From: an uncultured Pseudanabaenaceae cyanobacterium
GTDB lineage: Bacteria > Cyanobacteriota > Cyanobacteriia > PCC-9006 > JAAUQQ01
Assembly (NCBI GenBank): GCA_937949725.1
Contig: CALECT010000074.1
Location: 7,683 to 71,682 of the forward strand
Length of the DNA stretch: 64,000 nucleotides
Direction of reading: 5' to 3'
In this document: piece by piece, positions 28,467-36,689 of the stretch
Layout of the letters: every line of letters starts with the position of its first letter
How positions within the stretch are numbered: the stretch's first letter is position 1
Notes under the pieces: model-generated
Seen by the model: only the letters and a program-made list of their open reading frames with translations
Databases searched by the model: none
Told to the model about the DNA's origin: nothing
Made by a program: the position numbers and the translations under genes

Positions 28467-29852
28467 ATGCAAGTTCTACACAAGAAAAACGACATCATCC
28501 AAGACCGCTATCGCCTCGTTCAGGTCTTGGGACGCGGCGGCAGTGGCATCACCTACCGCGCGGAAGACACCTGGGCAAAGCAGTGGGTGGCTATCAAAGT
28601 CGTCAGCCTAAGGCAGATGCAGGACTGGAAAGTCTTGGAGCTACTGGAACGAGAAGCCCAAACCCTCAAGGGACTGAAGCATCCTGCCATCCCAGAATAT
28701 CTCGACTCTTTTGAAGTGGACAGTAAGGACAATCGTGCCTTCTACTTGGTGCAGCAACTAGTGCCGGGGCGATCGCTCAACATCCTAATCGAAAGCGGCT
28801 GGCGACCCGACGAAGCCGAGGCTCAGCAAATTGCCCAGCAGGTACTGGAAGTCCTGGTTTATCTCCAGTCCCTCACGCCACCCATCATCCACCGAGATAT
28901 CAAGCCACAAAACTTGCTATACCAAAGCTTGCCTGATGGAAGCAAGATACTCTCCTTAGTGGACTTCGGCTCCGTACAGGACACCTATCGCCACACCGTC
29001 ACGGGGGGCAGCACCGTCGTCGGCACTTTCGGCTATATGGCGCCGGAGCAGTTTCGCGGCCAAGCAGACCTCACAACGGATCTCTATGGACTAGGAGCGA
29101 CGCTGCTGTATTTGCTGACGCGGGATGACCCAGCCCATTTGCCAGAGAAGAATTTCCGCTTGGATTTCCGCAGCGAAGCAGCTCGGATGGGCAATGAGGT
29201 CAGCGAATTCTTTGGGGATTGGCTGGACTGCTTGATTGCACCGGATACAGATTCTCGATTTGGGGCGGCGCAGGATGCGTATTTAAGCTTGGTGGATCAG
29301 GCAGCATTGCCCCAGCAACGGGGCGATCGCAAACTGATCCAGCATCGTCGCATTCGCCTGGAGCGGAGTTCGCAGAAGTTGAGCTTGGCGATCGCCAAGG
29401 CAGGTCTCAGTGACACGCGCATTCGAGTGCAGGGCCTAGTCGCTCTGAGCTATAGCTTCTTAACCACATTGCTAGTGAGCATTTTCCTACTCAACCCTTA
29501 TCTACTGCGTTACGGCGGCAATTGGAAACTAGGGCTAAGTTTAACGGCCATGGGGCTGGGCTGGTTAAGCCTCGCAGCGCTGGTGTACTGCGCAGAACAG
29601 AAGGTTCAACTCGACATCACGGCAGATAGCTTTCGGCTCAAACGGCACCGAACGGCGAAGGAGCAACCCCCAAATTTACAGGGCATTCGTCGCTGGATGC
29701 TGCGGTTGCCGCTGTTTGGCACGCTCCTGACAGATTTGGTATTTGTATTTAATCGGCGATCGCACCATGCGGGCTTCTTTTTATCAGCGAAGGAACAGCA
29801 AATTGTGATTCGCGAAGTGCAAGACTTTGTGCGTCAGCAACTGGCAAGTTGA
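28467..29852 (+). CDS. Ser/Thr protein kinase with C-terminal membrane domain (tandem paralog of 26378..28411)
   Basis: LGRGGSGIT, VAIKVV, HRDIKPQN, DFG, GTFGYMAPEQFRGQ. The catalytic domain is collinear with the upstream kinase. The C-terminus has several hydrophobic helices. Confidence 0.9.
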   Translation: MQVLHKKNDIIQDRYRLVQVLGRGGSGITYRAEDTWAKQWVAIKVVSLRQMQDWKVLELLEREAQTLKGLKHPAIPEYLDSFEVDSKDNRAFYLVQQLVPGRSLNILIESGWRPDEAEAQQIAQQVLEVLVYLQSLTPPIIHRDIKPQNLLYQSLPDGSKILSLVDFGSVQDTYRHTVTGGSTVVGTFGYMAPEQFRGQADLTTDLYGLGATLLYLLTRDDPAHLPEKNFRLDFRSEAARMGNEVSEFFGDWLDCLIAPDTDSRFGAAQDAYLSLVDQAALPQQRGDRKLIQHRRIRLERSSQKLSLAIAKAGLSDTRIRVQGLVALSYSFLTTLLVSIFLLNPYLLRYGGNWKLGLSLTAMGLGWLSLAALVYCAEQKVQLDITADSFRLKRHRTAKEQPPNLQGIRRWMLRLPLFGTLLTDLVFVFNRRSHHAGFFLSAKEQQIVIREVQDFVRQQLAS

Positions 29853-29902
29853 TAGACTTAGCATTTTTGATTGCTGGACAGAGCTCCGTCTAAGTACCTT
29901 AG

Positions 29903-32527
29903 TCACTGATTCAGCAATTTAGAGATTTCATCTGGTCTAACAGGTTTGCTGAACAGAAAACCTTGGACAGCCTCACATCCCAATCGCTGAAGGACTTGAT
30001 ATTGCTCTACAGTCTCAACCCCTTCCACAATCACTTCATGCTCTAGATTACGGCACATTTCGATCATCGAGCCCACCAAGATTTCTGACTTCTTATCGAT
30101 GAGCATGTCATCAATGAAATACTTATCGATTTTCAAACAGTCAACTGCAAGATGCTTCAGCGAAGCAAACGATGAGTAACCTGTGCCAAAGTCATCGATC
30201 GCCAGTAATACGCCAAGATCCTTTAGATCTCGAAACACCGAGAGATTCTGTTGATCTGTCTGCACCACACTTTCAGTCACTTCCAGCTCTAACTCTGATG
30301 GCACCATTCCTGTTTCATCCAGAATACGCTCAATCAATGCGACAAAATCTTGATCGAGGAAATGAATGGGAGAAATATTAACGGCCATGCGAATCGCTGG
30401 CAACCCAGCCTTCTTCCAAGCAACGGCTTGATTGCAGGCTGTTTTCAAGACCCATTCAGTCAGGGGCTTAATCATCCCGATTCTTTCAGCTGTGGCAATA
30501 AACTCAGTGGGTGAAACAGGCCCCAACAATGGATGATTCCAGCGTGACAATGCCTCCACGCCCAAAATATTGCCCGTCAGCACCTGAATCTGGGGCTGAT
30601 AAACCAGGGACAAATGCTTCCTTTCGATCGCCTCTCTCAAACTTTGTTCTACACGGAACCGATACTCAGCTTTCTGAGTGAGTTCAGGCCTGTAGAACGT
30701 ATATTGATTTTTTCCACATTCCTTAGCTGCATAAAGTGAAGTATCAGCAGCCTTGATCAAGGAAGAAAGATCTCGTCCATCATCAGGGTAATGGGCAACT
30801 CCAATACTGCAAGCTGGAGTGAATTTTCTAGCAGATAGTTCAACGGGATTGGATATGATATCGAGGCAACGCTGGGCCAATTTTTCAGCCACAGAATTAT
30901 CTTCTACATCATTCAAAAGAATACAAAATTCATCACCACTCAGACGTGCAACAAAATCAGTTTTACGAGCAACCTTTTTCAGCCGACTGGCAATTTCCTG
31001 GAGTAGCAAGTCACCCGTATCATGCCCCAGGCTGTCGTTCACAGTCTTAAAATTGTCTAAGTCCACGTATAGAAGACTCAAACGAGATTGAGTCTGATCA
31101 GAATGTTTAATGGATGCTTCCAGCTTTTGATAGAAGTTGGCACGATTGGCGATTCCTGTTAAGTCATCGATATAAGCTAATTCTCGAATGCGCTTCTGAG
31201 CATGGTCACGCTCCATCACAATCCCAGCGAGCCTTGCGGCAGACTTAAGATCGATTGACTCCTCTTCATTCGGTAGTGCGGGATGGTTGTAGTACATCCC
31301 AAATGCACCTAGTACTAGACCTAAAGAACTTTTAATCGGCTCAGACCAGCAGCAACGCATGCCATGGGGAAGCGCCACATGCTTAATCTTGGCCCATTTG
31401 GGATCTGTTTCAATATTCTCAACCAGAACACGCTTGCCGGTATAAGTCGACGTGCCACATGAGCCTACATTCGGGCCATTCTTCAGACCATGAACAGCTT
31501 CACAGTATTCCTTTGGCAGGCTTGGAGCCCCTCCATGCATGAGGCGACCCTCCTGCAATTCCAGCATTGAACATCGCATACCGGGGTGACGTCCTTCATA
31601 CATCAAGGCAATTTCTGGATAGATCTCAGAGGCTGGTTTCCCCGTAGCAATCATCTCCAAAATTTCAGCATTTTTATCATCAAAGTCTTCTGCCTTTTTT
31701 CGGGCAGTGATATCAACGTGGGTTCCAACGAGGCGCGTTGCTTTTCTATCTGAATCGCGTTGTACTAAAAAGGCACGAGATCGCACAAAAACCTCGTGAC
31801 CAGACTTATGCTGCATCCGCATCTCAACATCAAATGAGTCAACTGTGCCAGTCAAGCAATCTTGAACCATCTTCAGGACAATCTCTTTATCATCTGGATG
31901 AACGAGACTTTGCCAAGTGCTTAAATCGTCCGTCAGCTCATCCTTCTCATACCCCAACATGCTTTTCCAGCGGGGCGAATAATAGACCTCATTGGTCTCT
32001 AAATTCCAATCCCAAAGCCCATCATTGGCTCCACGCATCGCCAATGAAAATCGTTCTTCGCTTTTCTGAAGTCTTTCTTCTGACTCCCTACGAGGTGTGA
32101 CATTGTGACCAATGCCTAACAGACCAATCAGCTCCCCGTCATCCCCATACATGGGAAGCCTGCTAATTTCCAGGAGCTCACGGTGTCCATCATTAGCAAA
32201 GGTTGCCCATTCTTCACTGACTGATGGATAGTCATTTTGTATTACTGCCTGGTCATGTTCTCGCCGCAGATCAGCCCATATAGCATTCACAAAGTCATAA
32301 TCGGTCTTGCCTAGTATTTCCGATTCAGAAGCTCCCAAAAAACTCTCAAAACGATGGTTGCAAGCGAGATAGACACCATCAACATCTTTTAGCCATAGAA
32401 GACATGGAAGTGTGCGAACAATTCGGCCGTAAAACTCAACGCCTCTTCCCAGACCTGTCAGATTTTGTTCTGAAACAGAAACTCCCTGGAGACTAATTAT
32501 TGGAGCCGACTGAATCTCACATTCCAT
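29903..32527 (-). CDS. Multidomain c-di-GMP protein (PAS-PAS-GAF-GGDEF-EAL)
   Basis: PAS-like segments (LWDWNLETNEVYYSPRWKSMLGY), a GAF-like middle region, GGDEF motif RLSGDEFCILL, and EAL motifs VEALSRWNHP and DDFGTGYSSFASL. GC content is visibly lower than in neighbouring genes. Confidence 0.9.
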   Translation of the reverse strand: MECEIQSAPIISLQGVSVSEQNLTGLGRGVEFYGRIVRTLPCLLWLKDVDGVYLACNHRFESFLGASESEILGKTDYDFVNAIWADLRREHDQAVIQNDYPSVSEEWATFANDGHRELLEISRLPMYGDDGELIGLLGIGHNVTPRRESEERLQKSEERFSLAMRGANDGLWDWNLETNEVYYSPRWKSMLGYEKDELTDDLSTWQSLVHPDDKEIVLKMVQDCLTGTVDSFDVEMRMQHKSGHEVFVRSRAFLVQRDSDRKATRLVGTHVDITARKKAEDFDDKNAEILEMIATGKPASEIYPEIALMYEGRHPGMRCSMLELQEGRLMHGGAPSLPKEYCEAVHGLKNGPNVGSCGTSTYTGKRVLVENIETDPKWAKIKHVALPHGMRCCWSEPIKSSLGLVLGAFGMYYNHPALPNEEESIDLKSAARLAGIVMERDHAQKRIRELAYIDDLTGIANRANFYQKLEASIKHSDQTQSRLSLLYVDLDNFKTVNDSLGHDTGDLLLQEIASRLKKVARKTDFVARLSGDEFCILLNDVEDNSVAEKLAQRCLDIISNPVELSARKFTPACSIGVAHYPDDGRDLSSLIKAADTSLYAAKECGKNQYTFYRPELTQKAEYRFRVEQSLREAIERKHLSLVYQPQIQVLTGNILGVEALSRWNHPLLGPVSPTEFIATAERIGMIKPLTEWVLKTACNQAVAWKKAGLPAIRMAVNISPIHFLDQDFVALIERILDETGMVPSELELEVTESVVQTDQQNLSVFRDLKDLGVLLAIDDFGTGYSSFASLKHLAVDCLKIDKYFIDDMLIDKKSEILVGSMIEMCRNLEHEVIVEGVETVEQYQVLQRLGCEAVQGFLFSKPVRPDEISKLLNQ

Positions 32528-33137
32528 GGCACGTTTTTATCTATCCAGCATTTTATGTATTCTAGGCTACATCCATGGTAGGTACTGGAGCCACAATCGG
32601 AATGCGTGCTTTAGCGGAATAACAAACTCAGTAATGATAAGATCCGATGAAGCTGTGCCTACGGCAAATCATAAACACAATCCACTTGAGGCTGGCGCTG
32701 TTAGCGCAATTCAAGGGCACCAAGACATCTGCCCAGCCCAAGATTTATTCGCCAGAATCTATAACTCGATTTATTAGGGGAAAAAGCACAAGCATATCTA
32801 TGGTCGCGCAGGTATCAGAACTCTCGCGAGCATCACGCAGTCAAGAGTGATATGCCGAATTTGTGGCGTTGTTGATTTCCGGGCTGACGTTTTTCAGGGA
32901 GCCTACAGCCAGCTTCGTTTATAGAAGTTCATTCATCCCTCATTTCAGCAACGCCTCAATGCTGCGAGAAGAGGCCAATTCAGGATTTTAGGTTGATCGC
33001 CGCTATCAAAAAACCAATACAAGCCTAAACGGATCGACCAACAGTATCTACCAAAGTTCTGTCGCTTGTATTCGAGGCTCTGCACGTCATTCCAGGTGGG
33101 TAACCTGAGTCCATCCACCCAGGCTCAGATAATTCGC

Positions 33138-33674
33138 TTAAACACTCACCGATTCCGCATTGCCATAGCGCAAGTTGAGTGGGCAACTTTTAGACATTGT
33201 GTTGAGCAATGGAGGAGCCGTAAACCAATCTGGCATCAGCTGTCCATAACAGCCAAGCTGACAAAATGCATAGGAGCGATAAATGCGAGCTTTCGGAGTT
33301 CGGGGGGAAAGACTCAGGATGTCATCGCAACAATTCACAACGGCTTCGAACAGGCCTAATTTACAAAAGACTTTGGCCTGCTCCAGTATCAGAAGCGGAG
33401 CTTTATCTTGCAGGTACTGGGACGCTTTAGCCAAACAGTACGAGGCTTCTCCGTAGCGTCGCTGGTAGTAGAGCGCTTGGCCTCGACCCGCCCAGGCGAT
33501 CGCACAATCCTTTCGCAACACCAACGCCTCATCAAACCGTTCCAGTGCCATGGAGAACTCACGCTTCTCCATCAAGACCTGAGCAAAATGGCAGAGCTTA
33601 TCAACCTGGCGGCGACGGTCAAACGGGAGATCGCGATTGTTTAAAGCAGCTAAACGAAAAGCGAGATTGGTCAT
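33138..33674 (-). CDS. TPR-repeat protein
   Basis: Repeated 34-aa-like helical motifs (ALERFDEALVLRKDCAIAWAGRGQALYYQRRYGEA, ...). Low-GC context. Confidence 0.65.
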   Translation of the reverse strand: MTNLAFRLAALNNRDLPFDRRRQVDKLCHFAQVLMEKREFSMALERFDEALVLRKDCAIAWAGRGQALYYQRRYGEASYCLAKASQYLQDKAPLLILEQAKVFCKLGLFEAVVNCCDDILSLSPRTPKARIYRSYAFCQLGCYGQLMPDWFTAPPLLNTMSKSCPLNLRYGNAESVSV

Positions 33675-34011
33675 GGCTATCTACCTCTATGAGATAACGC
33701 TGTCATGTCCCAAGGATTAGTTCTGTTGATTCAGTTACAAAAGCAAATTAGATCGGCGCAAGCGATGAACTTTTCGCATGGATTGATTGAACTTTTTACA
33801 TTGAACCTCTATTAGGTTCCTCCCAGGAAATTTTAGAGAAGATCTTGAAGCAAACGTTACAGAAACCAGTGCAATTACTATCTCTCTTTAATCTAAATAT
33901 TTCGAAATTAAAGATACAGAGAAATCGTCAACATCCTACCGCAATTGAACCCATGATTTCCAAGCCATACAAGCCTCCAGCGCAATCACCGTCTTGACTG
34001 TAGGGAAAGCT

Positions 34012-34425
34012 TTATGAGAGCGGCAATTCCTGATTTAGCAAACTCAGAAATTGTTTGCCATGGGTTTCAGACGTATTAAATGCACGTAATTCTTTACCCA
34101 AAGAGGTATAAACATAGGCATTTGCACATTCAAAACAAACTGTTGCTGTAAACAAAATCTGAGTTTGGTCGTAAAAGGCCACTGCCCAGGGAGGCATATG
34201 GCATCGAGCAGGCTCACCAGGGGCCAGACATTGAAATAACTGAATGATCTGTTGCGCCTCTTGGCCATCAAATGGCTTACGCGTTTGGACGGCGCGGTCA
34301 AAGGAATCAGGCCACCCCTGTTCTGAAATAATTTTGCGCTGATGGAGCATCATGAGTTCAACTCGGTTCGCTTGCTGAACCGCCATCTTCCAAGCCGGGA
34401 CCTTCCAATCACTTACACTTCTCAT
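34012..34425 (-). CDS. Hypothetical protein (137 aa)
   Basis: ATG-initiated ORF in the low-GC island. No motif recognised beyond Cys/His positions (CHMPPW, CFEC). Confidence 0.5.
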   Translation of the reverse strand: MRSVSDWKVPAWKMAVQQANRVELMMLHQRKIISEQGWPDSFDRAVQTRKPFDGQEAQQIIQLFQCLAPGEPARCHMPPWAVAFYDQTQILFTATVCFECANAYVYTSLGKELRAFNTSETHGKQFLSLLNQELPLS

Positions 34426-34517
34426 TTAGCGAGCCATTGAGAGCAAGAGCCAATTCTATCCATCTCTAAGGCGGAGCTTCAGCAATACTGCTTGTCCGTC
34501 AAAGTAGCCCAAGAGAA

Positions 34518-35897
34518 TCACAAACCACCTGCCAGCACTGTTGCTTCCGCTTCTGCCGATTTGCCACAGCATTGACGACGGCTGTAAATGTAAGCAGCTA
34601 GGCCGACTAGGGTGTTCGCGATCGCCGCCCCTACAAAGATCCCCACTGGCCCAAAGAAACGACTCCCCAAGTAGGCCAGCGGTATATACAACACAAACAT
34701 CCGAACCACCATCATCACAATCGATGGCACCGGACGCCCCAAGGCATTAAAAGCCGAATTCGCTACACCCAAAACCCCAGCCCCCGCATAACTCACCGGC
34801 ACCAACCACAAATACTGCACCGCGATATCTATGACCGCAGCATCATCATTAAAGAGTTGCACCAACATCGGAGCCAGTAGACCCAACAGGCCCGCCACCA
34901 GCAATCCCCACCCCAAGCAAAAGGCATAGCTTTGATTCAACGCTTTTGTCACCCGGCCATAGCGCTTTGCCCCCCAGTTTTGCCCCACGAAGGGGCCAAT
35001 GCTCGCTGACAAAGCCCCCAGGGCAATCATGGCAAAGGCCTCAATCCGCGAAGCCACCCCAAAGGCCGCCACCGCTGCCGCGCCATGGACTGCCAAAAAG
35101 CTCGTAATTACCCCAATAGAAATGGGCGAAATCATGCTGCTCGCTGCCGCAGGCAAGCCCACCGTCAAAATATCCCGCCAGCACCAAAGCGTCTCCTCCA
35201 GATCCGGGAACTTCGTCGATAACAAATCCTCCTTAAACTTCAGCACCCATAGCGACGCCACCAGCGTCACCGCCCGCGACAACACTGTCGCCCAGGCCGC
35301 TCCTTGCAAGCCCAAGGCAGGGAAGATTCCCCAACCAAAGATGAACAACGGGTCCAGCAGAATATTCCCCGCCGCTGCAACGGTCATAATCAGGCTCGGC
35401 GTGACCGTATTGCCCGCTGCTCGAATGGCGCTATTGCCCACCATAGGCACCACCAGAAACACCATGCCGAAGTACCAAATCTGCATGTACTGCTGCACAT
35501 AGGGCATTACATCTGGCCCCGCTCCCAGCGCCGAGAACAGCGGCTCAATCGTCAGCAGTCCCGCCGTCACGAACAGGCCCACGGCAAACAGGGCAAGGGT
35601 AAGGCTATTGGTTGTGAAGCGCTGCACGCGACCCATATCGCCCTCTCCAATAGCCCGCGCAATAATCGACGAAGCCCCAATCCCCAAGCCTTGAGCCAAG
35701 CTGCCCAAAGTCATCACCACGGGAAAGGTAAAACTCATCGCCGCCAACTGAGCCGTGCCCAGTTGGCCGACAAAGTAGGTATCTGCCAAGTTAAAGGCAA
35801 TGATGGCAAAAATGCCCCACACCATCGGAAGGGTGAGTTGGCGTAGGCGCTGACCAACGGAGCCGGTGAGCAGTCGTTGATTTGATTGTTGGGGCAT
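34518..35897 (-). CDS. MATE-family efflux transporter
   Basis: 12-TM pattern. N-terminal LTLPMVWGIFAIIAFNLADTYFVGQLG and repeated halves typical of NorM/DinF-type MATE proteins. Confidence 0.9.
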   Translation of the reverse strand: MPQQSNQRLLTGSVGQRLRQLTLPMVWGIFAIIAFNLADTYFVGQLGTAQLAAMSFTFPVVMTLGSLAQGLGIGASSIIARAIGEGDMGRVQRFTTNSLTLALFAVGLFVTAGLLTIEPLFSALGAGPDVMPYVQQYMQIWYFGMVFLVVPMVGNSAIRAAGNTVTPSLIMTVAAAGNILLDPLFIFGWGIFPALGLQGAAWATVLSRAVTLVASLWVLKFKEDLLSTKFPDLEETLWCWRDILTVGLPAAASSMISPISIGVITSFLAVHGAAAVAAFGVASRIEAFAMIALGALSASIGPFVGQNWGAKRYGRVTKALNQSYAFCLGWGLLVAGLLGLLAPMLVQLFNDDAAVIDIAVQYLWLVPVSYAGAGVLGVANSAFNALGRPVPSIVMMVVRMFVLYIPLAYLGSRFFGPVGIFVGAAIANTLVGLAAYIYSRRQCCGKSAEAEATVLAGGL

Positions 35898-36290
35898 GGG
35901 GCTCCTGACGGGCCGAGGGGATTTCGTCGGAAGCGAGCTTCGCGATTCTGCGGAACAGGGGCGCGATCGCGGCCCATGTCATGAGCATTGTAAAGAGTGA
36001 ATGACTGCTGTGCTTTATCTCACCAGCTGTCGATCTGAAGAAGCGTCAAGGCTTGGCACACCAGTGATGGTGATACCCTATCTTCTCTGCCAGAAGCTCA
36101 CACTAAGTATGCTCCTCGCCCTCAAAGCCACCAAGACAAAAGCACAAAATGGCTTCTTTTGGGAGAATCGGAAGAAATATTAAGAGCGCCATTGCACCAA
36201 GGCTTCCTTGATATTGTTATGAACATTACGGAAGTGACGCTAGCAACTGGCTGCTCTTGAAGTAGTCATGTGTTGGGGCTACTTTCGACG

Positions 36291-36321
36291 GGGGTCAGCT
36301 TATATATAGACCTCTTTTTTT
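36291..36321 (+). terminator. Candidate intrinsic terminator with no annotated plus-strand gene upstream
   Basis: GGGGUC (36291-96) pairs with GACCUC (36309-14) as 6 bp including one G-U, with a 12-nt loop, followed by seven T (36315-21). Confidence 0.4.
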
Positions 36322-36689
36322 AACTCCGCTTATACCCCGTACTGCAGCCTTTGCGGAGAGGTCTGTCAGTCAACCAAGGATTGCCGAATTTACTCGGTGT
36401 ATCTAAATGCCACTGCCCACCCTAGCTATAGCTAGAGCAGGCAGTTTCAACATAACAGCCCTAAGTCCCAGCGCCACTCAAAGCTGCCGTTAACAGCCTT
36501 GAGCAGCTAACCCCCACACTGAGTAGACCAGTATGGCGGCTAACGAGTGATCGTATCACCCGTTTAGTCCCTGCTCGCTACAACGCGGGGGCAGTGAACT
36601 TAGGGTTTTCTTCTGCGATAAATCAGCTATTTATAAGCCTTCCCTGACCGAAATGTGCTTCCACACAGTTTGTACCCCGTGGCCAGGGG

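Noticed and set aside
36001-36183. 60-aa plus-strand ORF divergent from the MATE gene. Similar cases are 41725..41910 and 42001..42252 in the AT-rich gap.
   Set aside because: They have no RBS, odd composition and no recognisable domain. They are kept only as possible context for a non-coding transcript.
36400-36420. Cobalamin riboswitch B12-box-like GCCACUG.
   Set aside because: The other conserved elements (GGGAA, GGUG..AAUCC) are absent, and no gene lies downstream on that strand.
36275-36620. tmRNA (ssrA). GGGGCUACUUUCGACG resembles the conserved tmRNA 5-prime end GGGGCUG...UUUCGACG.
   Set aside because: No complementary acceptor 3-prime strand (UAGCCCC or UAGCUCC) and no T-arm (GGUUCGAxUCC) lies within 500 nt on either side, whether in one-piece or permuted order. 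No reading frame ends in the usual ...(V/L)AA-stop tag. The D-loop-like AAUGG segment is missing.
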